Assembly: GCA_048128005.1 (NCBI GenBank)
Contig: JBEUKZ010000085.1
Span: forward strand, 124,001-188,000
Length of the DNA: 64,000 nucleotides
Origin: Veleropilina oligotropha
Taxonomy: Eukaryota
Direction of reading: 5' to 3'
In this document: one piece after another, positions 23,906-36,969 of the stretch
Position numbering within the stretch: position 1 is the stretch's first letter
Layout of the letters: every line of letters starts with the position of its first letter
Notes under the pieces: model-generated
Database searches by the model: none
What the model saw: the letters and a program-made list of their open reading frames with translations, nothing else
What the model was told of the DNA's origin: nothing
Translations under genes and position numbers: made by a program

Positions 23906-24596
23906 TTAAGGCAACTATAATGTAGGTACAGATGCTGATACAGGTGCAGATAACATAATGTCCCGTTTGTAACAAGATTCAGGTTGATACTGGGACATGC
24001 CAAGGAAAATGTCCCTCACCGGCCAGTGAGAAATCTAACCCACGCATGTTGGACAGAGCCATCATGCGAGTGAATTAGAATCCACACTTCTTTCAGATGT
24101 ATATAACTTGACACTTGCGATCAGCACTAAATGCTGTTCCAGTAGGCTATTCCACGCCAAAGGACCAGATTGAAAAATTGATATTAATTTAAAACAATGA
24201 AATTTTGTTAACATATTGAATTTATTATCTAATTAAAATACAATGTAATTGATAATCCATGATGTTGTTTTTTATGTAAAATATTATTTGACCATGATAG
24301 CATTAAAATGGTATCACCTGGGACTACCATACTAGAGGGACTGGCAACTTAAAAGATCGCGTTGAAATCACATACTCGGCATTAATAGGCGAGAGGTCAC
24401 CTGCAATCTAATCAGCATAGCAACAACCTGCTAATTGAATCAAATATAAACTATTCTCTACGATTTGTCAGACATCTGTATCCACATAAATAGATATTAT
24501 ATATATTGTAGATTGTGTGTATGTGCTTATATCGTTAAAATTATGTCAAAAAGGCATAGATAAGTGTTATGATATTGTATGTTCTGGGTTATATAT

Positions 24597-24920
24597 GCCG
24601 TCGTGGCTCAGTGGGTTGTTCACAGGACTCTGGTCACAGAGTCTCGAGTTCGCCCCCAAAGCTCGGCGATTTCACTTGGGCAAGGAAATAAGCATATATT
24701 TGCCTCGGTACACCCAGCCGATCTAAATGGGTACCTGGTTGGCAGTTATGTAAGTCACGGCGCTACCCGCGTGTAAATGACTGTAATGCTCCCAGAGGGA
24801 GTTGAGATGGCATATCGAATGGAACAGGCCCATAACCAGGGGTAATAATGTTCAGCGCATTGAGACACTAGCGTAATAATGCGCTATATAAGACCGGAGT
24901 ATTATTATTATTATTATTAT
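24597..24920 (+). mobile_element. tRNA-derived SINE, family 2 (CORE/Deu-like centre, L2-type tail)
   Basis: A box tggctcagtgg, B-like gagttcg, cttgggcaagg...cacccagc...aaatgggtacc, tail agcgcattgag...gcgctatataa and (TAT)n; degenerate inverted copy at ~21780-21900. Confidence 0.75.
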
Positions 24921-26852
24921 ATATGAAAATCCAAAATGGCGTCGATGAGAAAGCTTTAGAATCGAAAAATAGTACATTTTGAAACTTCTCCTCGTCAGCT
25001 GCTACATTATATCTTGCCCATCATTTTATTTATATCCTATTGCTTCGACTCTTCTATTGTGAAGTGAAATTTGACGAAGATTTATATCGTATAATTGCAT
25101 TTAAAAATGACGATTTTTCCTGAATATGTTCAGCGTTAATATTTTCAGTGTAAAGTACTCGATTTTGCAACTTCTTCTCCTCGCCAGCTGTTACATTATA
25201 CTTTTTGATATTTGCACCATCTTTTTATATGCATTCAATTGCTTGAACTCATCTATTGCGTAGTGAAATATAACGAAGATTTATAGCACATATTTGCATT
25301 TTAAAACGACCAATTTTCTTAAATATGTCATGCGTTGATATTCATTTTGTGATGGGCTTGCTTCTTTATTTGTTGCATTTTATTATGGAATAGTTTCACC
25401 TTTTTTCTAATTTACACTCTATTACATCGACTCTGCTATTGTACAGGGAAATAAAACGAAGATTTAATTAAATTATTTACGTCTTAAAATAGCTTATCAA
25501 AGGTGTCTAACTGGTAACATGAACTTTAAGTTGTCCCCATTGTTATTGAGCAGACAAATTACTGACCGCTTGTACATTATAACAACATGTAAAGCAAAAC
25601 ATAGAATGAAATGCAATTAGTGGCTACCTTTATTGTCTCTATTGAATATAAACGTTTGTTTTGATAACCATTAGAAAAGTAGTTGGGGCCATTTATTTCT
25701 ATTTTAATTGCCCAATCAATTTATTTAACGATTAACATAGATCTCTTTCAATAATTGGATTGAATTGAATTTTATTTATTATAAATAATTTGCAATATAT
25801 TTAGTTTGAATACCGTACAAATTAAAATAATTAAAAAAATAAATTCGTTTTCATAACGTTAATCGAATTTAGTGTTTAATAGGTATTTTGTGAATTCAAA
25901 CTGTTATAATTTACCGCATTGATCCTAATTGGGGATAAAATAGTCTTGTCACAAAGCCAAAGCCCACTACGCACATGCGCAGTGCGGTAAACACGAGAAC
26001 AATAGCGAGTACCACATTATTGACGGCGAGTCGGCTAATTGGTCAGAGCTTAGAGTCCCTCTTATAGTAGTCCCTTGTATCACTGAAGTGGAAATGTTCA
26101 CATACTTTACTTAATCTTATTGTAGTAATAATTAGTGACAAATAGACAACTTAATTACTGATGATATAAGATAGCGCCATCTCAACAGCATGAATTACTG
26201 GGCATCTTACCCATTGATTTTGGTTTGATGCAAAAATGATTACACAAATATTTTTGAGTCTTGAAAATTTGCTTCTGAAAATTTTGCGTTTGTGAATATG
26301 TATGTATACATACTGATGTAACTCCATACTATTCTGTCACTTTTGATGGACATTGCGCTTTATAAATTTCTTTATTTTTATCATTGTGGATCAGGTATAT
26401 CCCTGATTAAATGATTTAAAAAATGATACAATTTTGATATTTATAATATTACCATTTTATGCTCACAAAGAAATGATAACTTTTACACTTATTTTATGTT
26501 GGGTTTGGATCGTCCCTTAATATCCCTCCGTACCGACCGTCAGGTTCATACTGGGTCATGTGCTTATTATTGCCGGAGGAAAGCCAGGTCCTTCGGAAAA
26601 CCTGTCATTATATAACGATTATGGACAACTGTGACTGTTTACTGAATAGAGTGGCCAGCCTACGAAGCGAACCCACTCCCATTAGAGACATGTTGCAAAT
26701 TGCAGTCAAGGGAGTGCATTGAAAGCCCACGCTCTTTCACTTATTCACTCGACTATTGGTGCGGCCACTTTGCAACTAGAACGGTACATTACATTGACTG
26801 ACACATTCATAATACATGTACTGAGATATTCATCTATTTGTTTCTTCGAATG

Positions 26853-27120
26853 GTGGCCCCTCTGGTTGCCGTATGGACTCTAGTATCAACTTTGAAATCG
26901 CTGTCTTGACTACACGGACTAATACTAGTAATACGAGTGCGATTGAACCTTGGTTGGGGCAATGGCATTCTTTGTTCAGTTACCAGTCACATTTATCCAT
27001 ATCTGGTCGGAGACGACGGAGAGGGTGGCTTTTCCGGTCAATCATGATATCCTCCCGTGATAATATGAACATATACATGTCCTGAATTGAACCTGAAGGT
27101 TGTAAATATATAGGACATAA
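26853..27120 (+). mobile_element. Old diverged copy of SINE family 1
   Basis: Retains the tail tgtcctg...gaacctgaaggttgtaaatatataggacat; similar relics at ~22370, 38053-38710, 41250-41700, 43200-43415, 57382-57600 and 59780-59940. Confidence 0.65.
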
Positions 27121-27271
27121 AAATGATAATTAAGCATTGGTCAATTAGAATGTATCGAAATTATGAATGCTTTTACCATGATATTGCAGACATATTCAGG
27201 AATCAGAATGTGTGTTCAGTTGGATTAATTATTTGATGTTGCTTATTTATTTTCAGACTGTAATCCCCAAC

Positions 27272-30200
27272 ATGCCGGCCAACCCAGGACTACCGCTATT
27301 GACCTGCGATCTGTGCAATTTCTCCATCAAGAATGCGTACATGTTCAAACGCCACACCAACCGCTGTCGTAGGGACCATGGACTGCCTGCCAAGAAAAGG
27401 AAGAAACGCCCCGTTGCTTCCAAACCAGTTGAACGTCCCATCGCTCCCAAACCAGTCGAGGCAATTGATGAGGAAAAGGCAAAACCAGCAACCGTGCTAC
27501 AAATGAAAAAATATACGTATAACTGTGCCACTTGTAAATTTACCACAAGTAAATCGCGGGTCTATCTGGATCACAAGAACGACGTTCATGGAGAGAACAA
27601 CATTATCTATGACTGTGGGGTGTGTGAGTACGCATCGAAATGGAAGAGCAAGCTCACCAACCACCAGAAGCTGTTTCACCCCGACCACGTCCCAGAGCCG
27701 GCGCCACTCGCAGCTCAAGGTGATGCTACAGTCGAAGTTGTCCTTACCGAGACACCATTAGAACCTGACAAGGAATATACCGTCGAACCTGGACCATCCC
27801 AAATTATCAAACCTAACAAATTCAAAAAGGGTTTGAAGTTGAAAATCAAGTTTAAAAAGACTTCAAATTTGCCACCAGGTGGCGCCACGTCTCTGGTGAT
27901 AGATGTGACGGAGAGCCAAGATAATCCTCTCTTCAAGTGTAAGCTCTGCTCATTCAGCGCCAGAAGGAAGTGGAAGGTGTACAAGCATGCCAAGGTGGGC
28001 CATCTGGACACGAAGAAGCTGCGATGTCCGATCTGCTCCCACATTTGCTTCGGAAAGAGCGAATACCAAAAGCATAAACAAAGCCATTCGACAAAAATCA
28101 TGTTCAAATGCACCGAGTGCTCATACACCACGCACCTAAAACCAAACTATGAGCGGCATCTCCGATCGCACAACAGAAACCTGGAATTCAAGTGCGAATA
28201 CTGCAGCTATTCCTCGACCAATCAGGGGGCCGTGAAGAGACACATGGGCACACAGCACACAGAGGGCGAAGGAGAGGTCGTATCACCTGATGATGACGAG
28301 ATGGAAACCGAAGGCGAGCAAAGCGTTATTGGTGACGACATGGAGGTGAAGGTGGAAAAGACATCAGAGGAACCGATCGAGGATGATGAGACGCCGTCAG
28401 CGCCGGAGGTGTTAAAGTGCACGTACTGCGGCTTTCTGCCACGAGAGGAGGAGGACTACAAGAAGCACATGGCGAGGCACAAGAAGGGGTTTTACTATCC
28501 ATGTCAGCTCTGCGGCCACGTGTCCAGGTACAACAGCGACATTAATCGACATTTCAGAGAGAAGCACGACACGAGACTAAAGATCTTCATACAGAGTCAA
28601 GGACTGACGTCATTCGTCTACACCTCCCCGAAGAAGCATAGCATAAAGAAGCCGACTGAGACTAGATCGTTTGCCGATGAACTCCAGGATTTGCCAGTGA
28701 GGAGCTACAGAACGTTGATCATTGGCGGCAAGGAGCGTATCAAGTGCTCCCATTGCTCGTACATAGCCAAGTGGCCATGCGACTTGCGACGACATCTTTC
28801 CGTTCACTCTATACAGAAGCGGTACAAGTGCCCCAAATGCATGAAGAAGTATAAATACCTGGGAGATTTGAACGTCCACCTGCGACGCGATCACAAGGTT
28901 GATCCGAGCATACTGGGCAAGGTACAAGCTATGGCCACCATGGCGATTAAACGGTCATCGCCAAAGATATTCAGATGCCCCACTTGCCCGTACAAGTCTC
29001 CGTGCAAGTCTGATATGGATCGCCATTCGCGTCTCCATAGCGACGAGAAGCCATTTCAGTGCAAGGAGTGCGACTACAAGACACATTGGAGGAGCGACAT
29101 TCGACGGCATGTGTATCGTCATCATCTCGATGTGTTGAAAGGTGACAGCAATGTCGACCAATTTATCATCATCAGACGAGACCTACTGAAAGCGTACAAG
29201 AAACAGCAAAACTCTGGCAACGTTCCATCACCCTTGGCAATGACCATTTCCAAGATGGTAAACATAAAAGAAGAACAAATAGCTGATGATCCAGAGGATC
29301 CTGACAGCAGTGATAGCGACGCCGCCATCAATTCCAGCGATTATGAGGACGATGATGACATGACCTATGGTGCTGATGCGGACGCAAGCAATGTTGCCGA
29401 AATCGACGCCAATCAAAGAGCAATGGACGACATGGATGATAGAAGGAGCATTTCATCTGTACCATCGAAGGAAGGATCTGTTCCAAGGGACTGTTCAGTG
29501 TTATTACATTGTGAGTATTGCGACTTCACCGCCAATGCTGCATCGAAGATGAATGCTCACGTAGCCACTCATTTGAACATCAAGAGGTTCAGGTGCCCCA
29601 TTTGCGGAAAGCGGTCGAATTGGAAATGGGACATCAGCAAGCATATGCGGAATGCTCATCGCTCTTGTCGCCTTCCGGTAGAGGTTCTATCGCAGGAGCA
29701 AGCAGAGGCTACGATAAAAGAATACATGGACACCAACCCGACCATCAAGAGAGAACACCATCTGAATTCTGGGCACAGCAAACCAGTTCCGAAATCAGAT
29801 GTTAAGAAGCCATTCAAGTGTTCTTTGTGCAACTACAAATCACACATCCGCTGGGACATAAGTCGACACTTGCGGACCCTTCATTCGGGCGAAGAGGGAA
29901 GTATTATCATCAGCATTGATCCGGAGGCGCTGCGAGAAGTGATGAATTCTCCGCAGAAGGCTGTCACTCCATCGCCTACAGTAGTCAAAAGTCCGTCCGT
30001 AATCCAGAGTCCATCGATGGTCCAGAGTCCTTCGATGGTGCAGAGTTCTTCGATCGTCAAGAGTCCTTCCACGCGAGTACCATTGGAGAAACAGCGAGTG
30101 GCAAGCAGCTCGTCCGAGGGACTGCCGTCGCCGCAATGTCTCAAGGATGCGGCGAGACGCGGTGAGAAGAACTTTAAATGCGGAGACTGCGGGAAAAGAA

Positions 30201-33200
30201 CTACGACCAAAGGTGACATCAAGAAGCACTACCATTACATGCATCCTGGGATGCTTATCAGGATCATGTATGTCGGCAACACGGCCAAGTCACCCGCCAT
30301 TCACATCGGCACCGAGTCGCCAGCCGTCATCAGTCCAAAGCCAGTCACACCCGTGGTGACGACCCCGCCGGTTGCAGCCAGTTCGATGTTCATTAAGCAA
30401 GAGACGTGCTACAGTGACCCGAAGAAGCTTGGATACATCAAGCCGTTCAAGTGTTCAGTGTGTGGAAGGAGGTCCAACTGGAAATGGGATTGCAACAAAC
30501 ACATTCGCATTTGTCATGTGGACACTGATGCATATGTCATAACCATGAGTGAAGAGGATGCCAGAATGAATCCCACTCCCAAAATCCAGAACACCACAGC
30601 ACTGTTAAACACCGCGAGTTCGAGTAAGAGCGGAGATCAAGAATCCACTTCTTCAGAAAATTCTATAAATAGACTGTCAGATGGCGAACAAAGTATAGAG
30701 AGCGATGGCACTCCCGTGCTGGTAGAGGAGAAGCAGCTAAGACAGTTTCAGTGCTCCGTATGTTTCAGTCGTTCGAATTGGCGAAGCGATTTGCATCGCC
30801 ATATCAAGAGAAAACACGGAGGGAAGGGCAGAATAATCATACTGGATCCTGAGGTAGCTCAGGCATCACTTGATTCTTACCAGTACACTAAGGAACGACA
30901 ACCATTCGGTAAAGCCAGCGGCGTGCCCAAACAGACGAAACACTGGCAATGCATTCGTTGCCCATATAAGAACGAGGAACGACTTTCTGTCGTGAACCAT
31001 CTGTCTGTACACAATGTCAAACCTTTTAGCTGCAAATTATGCGGTGCGGCCACGAACTATCGCAGCGCAATGTACAGGCATATTCGCCATCGACACGGGA
31101 AGAACGACTTCACCTTATGCACAGTCAATTTGCGTCATGTACGAGAAGGGGAATCGAGCGACCAGAACACGTGGAATGCAGATACAGATGGTGCAGTGGT
31201 CGGTTTGGATATATCTGGATCCGACCGGTCTCCTGGCGTCATTCATCGCTGCAAACTCTGTGCGTTTCAGTCGTCGTGGAAGAGCGCACTGCATCGCCAC
31301 CTGCGAGAGAAGCATGCGTGCACCGATTATCGTCTCTGCACCACGATGGTGAATTCGCAGCCAGGCCACTCCGAGTTCAAGGTTCCGTGGACCCCGCTAG
31401 CTCAGCAGTTAGATCCGAAGAAGTATTCATGCATCATTTGTCCATACAGAAGTGCCAAGCCTTCACTGTTAAAGTTTCACATGACGCATCACAAGTCTAA
31501 GGGCCAAGGGAAATACAAGTGTAAATATTGTCCCTATTGGGTGTGCGCTCGAAGGCTAGCTGTCCAGCATCAGAAGTTGCACACAGGCGACATGTCATCT
31601 AAAGACGTAGGTAAATCCCTGTCTCTTGATGATGGAGCTTCGTCTTCGACGCCCAGACGCCACATCTGCGACAAGTGTCCCTACAGCACCAACAGCAAGA
31701 ATGACTACCTGTATCACAAGCAGTTCCATCGACCGAAACCTGTGGCGGAATACAAGTGTGATTACTGCGACTACTGGGTTACTCACAAGAGATTACTGAA
31801 GCAGCATTTGAAAATTCACAATGTTTTCTTGCCAGATACTGATAATGAAATCTCTGCTGTCCCATATGCAGTACAACAGTCACCATGCAAGTCGGAGTTT
31901 TCCGAAACCAGCATTGTCTACGATGCGGTAGAAATCGCTTCCATCAAGCAGCGAATGATCACAGCCAAGATAACCGCCAGCTTATCGCAGGGGCCCATGT
32001 GTTCTCCCCTTAAGGTCCCTCATTGTACTGTCATTGCTAGCCGGCCTGGGTATCTACTGAAAAACGGGGTCTATCGGAAGCTACACAAGTGTCACTTTTG
32101 TCCGTACACCAATGTGCGAACGCGCAACTTAAAGCTTCATGAAAAAATGCATGGTCGACGAAAGAGCGATCGTCCCCTGATGAAGTGCCCCCACTGCGAC
32201 TATTACGTAGGGGCCAGGGGCCTTCTATCCCATCATTTGAAGGTCCACCAGCAACAGTATGTGCCTGACGTCATGGACACAACCGTATCAGAACTGGAAC
32301 GAGAAGAGGCAGGATACCAGAGTTTGGACGACATGGATGACAGAGGGTCGGACATCTCGGATGTGCAATATGACAGCAAAGTCGACACGATGTTGGAGAT
32401 AGCTCGATTTAAGAAGTGGTGCTGCGAGAAATGCCCTTATGCCAGCGCGAGGAGGACGCATTTCGAACGTCACCTCGAATTACACGGCAGCAAGCAGAGA
32501 TACATGTGCGAGTTCTGCGATTACAGCGTGCCATCGAGCAACCTCCTGGCCCAGCACAAGAAGCTCCACATGATGCCCAACCAGAATCTTCTGGCTGTCC
32601 AGTCCATTCTCAATTTGCAGCATCTGCCCGAAGTTCCGGCTGACATGATGCTGGCAAGCTTGTTACCGCGTGTTACGGACTCCAAGGAGCCCGTCACGTA
32701 TAACATCACGCACGATCACATGGACCTATATGAGAACGCTGAGCAGGACATGGAACCCAGGAAACTTTATCGCTGCGATCGCTGTCCGTACGCAAACGTG
32801 CGCAGAGATCACCTTCTGGCTCACATAAAGAACCACATGATCCGAAGCGAGTTGGCGTGTCCGTATTGTGACTACAGCGTGGCCAAGCAGCACCATCTAG
32901 TGCAGCACATCCGGGTTCACTTTAGCCCGCTTCCAGAGCTGTCCAATTGGCTTTGCGAGAACGGTCAATCGGATCGAGCGGAAAAGGACAAATACCAGGA
33001 TATCAGCGAAGCCATCACCCTGGCTCAGGTGTTCCAAAAGTCCGGAGCGGAGAACTCCAAAGAAATCAAAGTGGAACCTGCCGCTGAAGATGGTGACAAC
33101 AAGGTCGTGGAGTCTGGACAGAAATCGGAACAGGAAGCAATGGACGCTGAACAGGGGAATAATGAGAACGTCGAAGCATCAGAGGCTGGGAAAGTGGAGA

Positions 33201-33391
33201 TAGGCGAGATGATAAACGCCGAGTTGACCGAAGATCCAGCAGAAGCAAAGAATGAAGCAGTTCCGAGCGGAAGTGGAGTGCAGTCTGAGGATCTGGAGGA
33301 CTACATCTGCCAGTACTGCGACCGCGTCTTCTCCCTGTCCGAGCAGCTGATACGACACGAGCTCCAGCATCTGATCGGAAACCAGTTTGAG
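27272..33391 (+). CDS. Multi-C2H2 zinc-finger protein, main coding exon (2040 codons)
   Basis: About 33 fingers counted by eye; acceptor ttttcag| at 27256/7, ATG at 27272, donor GAG|gtaagt at 33391/2 (phase 0). Confidence 0.93.
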
Positions 33392-35252
33392 GTAAGTGGT
33401 ATCGTATGTTTTAACCGTTAATTCATGATAGCGATTAAAATATCTGACTTTGGCTTTCCATCTGGTAACGTTCTCACTAATATTAAGCCTATCTGTCAAT
33501 AATATACAAGTCAGAACCTTATTCTCTGAGGATTGCACATGTCTCTCCTGGCATGTGGGGATTTTTACGCGACATGTCTTATCATTTCACTCTTGGAGTT
33601 GCCCTCATCTTACGTATTTGGTACAGTTTTAAGTTTATGATAATAGTCTAGGTATATTTGCAGAAAGTCGTCGAAGGTCATTATCTGAACTGAAGTCATA
33701 TAACTTTGGTCATTACATACGCCATTCAAACACGTAATAATAGAAATGAAAAAATAGCCTATCACTGATTGTATAATATTACAGATGATCTTAATAATGA
33801 AGTGGGTTTCTTATGGTGCTTCGCCACTTTCTTTTTAGCGTTTTCTTGTGCCAAAGAGAGTAAGTAGATGGATGTGATTGTTGTGATTTTTTTAAGTTTT
33901 ATTTAGTTCTGCCTGATTAGATGAAAAAATTCATATCCATGTAATCATTTTGTATTTTTCATATAGGTATATTTCATCTTCATTCTTCGCAATTCTTTTG
34001 ACAAGAAATGAATTTAATAAGGTCAATTGGTTTTAATGAGAAAGCAGAAATATGTCTTGCATTTTAAGTTACACCAGTCAGATGGCTACCATATTTCTTG
34101 TTAGGAATCATCTATCATTGAATGCGATCAACGATACTATTGTTGAAAAGATTTTTAACTTACTTTGGAACAGGTTAGTGAAGAGTTATTTGACGTTTTG
34201 ACTACTCAGCTAGTAGTCTTTATCACGTAATGATCTTGTTGGCCACTGTGGGCGCTCAGGTAGCAGGCTGTGGTAGATGGCGGGCAGCTGGTATCCGTTG
34301 TCATGGTTCATGGTTGGTTTGTGTTGGCGGATGTAGATGGCCTCCTTGACTTTGCATTTGGTCCAGTCATGTTCACCGGTGAGGATTGAAGTGTTGCTTA
34401 GTGACACTGTGTGGCCTCTGGCATGGCAGTGATCACCCACACCCGTAGGCTTTTATAATCGAGGTTGGTGTGTTCCTTAAAGAGAATCGCCAGGGTATGC
34501 TTGGTTTCCCCAATGTACGAGTGGTCAGGGGACTGATCGCAATGTATTTGGTTTATGACCATGCATTTCTTCTAGTCTGGGGTACGGTCCTTTGGGTGTA
34601 CCAATATAGATCTTAGTTTATTGGAGGGTTGGTGGTAGGTTTTGATACCGAAGGACTTGTAAATCCGAGAGAGTTTGTCAGACAGACCTTGCACGTAGGG
34701 TATACCAATCAAAGGTGGTCGATGTTGTGGCATGTTCGAGGCGGTAGTGTCTAGTGGTAGAGGACGTAGTTTGGCACGGAGCGCACTTGTCACGTGCTCG
34801 CGTTCCTTACATTGATCCGGTGTCGTCGTGACGTAGTTGTCCGCTCTGCTCAATAGTGTGCGGACAACGGATCATTTGTGTTCCAGTGGATGGTGCGAAT
34901 CAAAGTTTAAATACTGGTCCATATGGGTGGGCTTATGGTAAAAAAGTAATTTTGGTGCCGCCATCGTCAAGGATGTTGATGCACAGGTCTAGAAAAGGGA
35001 GTTGGTTGTTGATCTCCGGTTCGATGGTGAAACGACTTCAGATCGATACTGTTTATGTGAGCTGAAAACACTTCTACGTCGTATTCATGAATATTCACGA
35101 ACGTGTCGTCCACATAGCGCAGCCAAATAGATGGGCTAACTGGTGAGGTAGATAGGGCTTTGTGTTCAAAATCTTCTATGTACTGATGTAGAGGTTGCAT
35201 ACAAGCGGCGACACCGGGGAACCCATAACCGCACCATGGGTCTGCTGGTAGA

Positions 35253-35519
35253 GGGGGGGGGGGGGAGGAATTATGCTTAATGTCCTGTATATTTATAACA
35301 TCGAGGTTCAAGGCAGGACATATCCGTGTTATCGCGGGAGGAAACCCCGGTCGCCGGGTAAACCCGCCCTCTTCGGCCAGTCACGGACAACTGTGCTTCA
35401 TAACTTGAACAAATGTGTGCTGCCTCAGCCGGGGGTCGATCCCACTACTGTTCGCGTCAGCGGAAACAAGCTAGTGAATTTAGAGTGGACACTCTACCCA
35501 CTGCGCTACCGAAGCGGCC
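35253..35519 (-). mobile_element. SINE family 1 inserted into the PLE RT domain
   Basis: 12-bp TSD tctgctggtaga (35241-35252, 35520-35531) splits FYQQ|THGAVMG. Confidence 0.9.
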
Positions 35520-36934
35520 TCTGCTGGTAGAAGGCACCATCATATATAAAGTATGTGGTGTTGAGACAGAGCTCCAATGAGGACACGATCTGTGTGACAG
35601 TGAGCTGACATCTGGATGGAAGTGTGTCGTCGGCGAGGAGCTTTTGACATATGATGTCAAGTGCGATGTCGACAGGTCCACTTGTGAAGAGGGCCGACAC
35701 ATCGTATGAGACTAGCTTCTGTCCAGGTGGGACCACAAGGTGTTTAAAGTGGTCGACAAGCGCTTTGCTGTTTTTTACGCTGTATTCGGTCCTTCCTTCT
35801 AGTGGGCTAAGGATATCGGCGACGTATCTGACAGCGTTGTATGTAATACTGCCGCAGCTGGACACTAGGGGCCTGAGCGGGGCATCAGGTTTGTGAATCT
35901 TAGGCGTGCCGTATAACTTTGGTGGTTCGTCTGCGGATGGGTACAGCTTCCAGTATTATTCTGAGTATAGATGTTGGCTGAAGGTGTTCGCCTTTTTCCC
36001 TGACTGTAATAAGTTAACAAGTTTTAATTTGCACTTTGCTGTAGGGTCGCTTTTAAGAGGTAGGTACGTGTTTCTGTCAGAGAGAAGGCAAGACATTTTG
36101 GCCTTGTAAGTGGTGGTAGGAACAATGACAGTGGCTTTTCCTTTATCTGCTGGGAGGATCATGATGGAATTGTTCTTCTTTAAGTCTTGTACTAGTTGTA
36201 GTGTGGAGCGCTCATCCTTGGTGATGTTGGGCTTCGGCAGGGTCGCTGTTTTGACCGCCTTGACGACATCGCATCGTAGGGCTTCCACGTTCGTTGCCAG
36301 TAGGTGTTTACTGGCGACCTCGGTTTGCGCAACAATTTCCACGATAGGAAGTTTATTCAGGGTGATGGAGAAGTTTAGGCCTTTCTTCAAAACAGATTCC
36401 TCGGCATTGGTGAGGGGGCGTTCGCTGGTGTTTATCACCCACGTGTCACAGTCAACGATATTCGTATCTTCGCCCGAGGCTTGCTTGGAAGTGTTCTTAC
36501 GAAGCAAGTTTTAAAATTTTCCAATTTGCGATATTTTGCTTTTTGTGGAAATGCGCGAGTGCGCAACTGCGAGAAGGGCATCAACTTCCGACTGCTCGGC
36601 AACCGACAAAATGGCGTAATGTTGTTGTTTGCCATTGTCAAGGGCCGTTTCAAGTTTTTTAATTGTGAAATCACATTGGTGTATGCATACGTTTAGGAGT
36701 TGGCGTTCCGCTTTACAAATAATCTTATCCGGTGACGTTGGATTGTTAATAAACTGGATGGTGTTAATTTGCTTTTCGCGCGCGAATGTTAAATGTTCGG
36801 TGATTTTTCCATCTTGCCATCTTACGGACCGTGACTTCCAATTTCCTGAGTATTTTGACGACTTCTCGTCCGTGTTGACTAATAACAGTTGAGAAGATAT
36901 TGTTATTGGTTCCAAGTGATGACAAGATCATTAC

Positions 36935-36969
36935 GTGATCAAGACTACTAGCTGAGTAGTCGAAATGTC
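36935..36969 (+). ncRNA. Minimal hammerhead-like core in the PLE pLTR (G3/C8 variant, possibly decayed)
   Basis: GUGAUCA-A-GACUACU[AGCUG]AGUAGUC-GAAA-UGUC; second copy on - at 34192-34226; no convincing stem I. Confidence 0.5.

Noticed and set aside
24340..25540. Possible element bounded by ggcaacttaaa / tttaagttgtcc with internal ~190-bp repeats
   Set aside because: The TIR is too short and degenerate and I found no TSD.
27253..33248. Many short antisense and alternative-frame ORFs over the ZF exon, the DIRS ORFs and intergenic DNA
   Set aside because: They are shadows of GC-rich coding sequence or chance ORFs, with no recognisable motifs.
27212..33421. ORF-track start and stop of the 2069-aa ORF
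   Set aside because: The first 15 and last ~10 codons lie beyond clear splice sites and are intronic.
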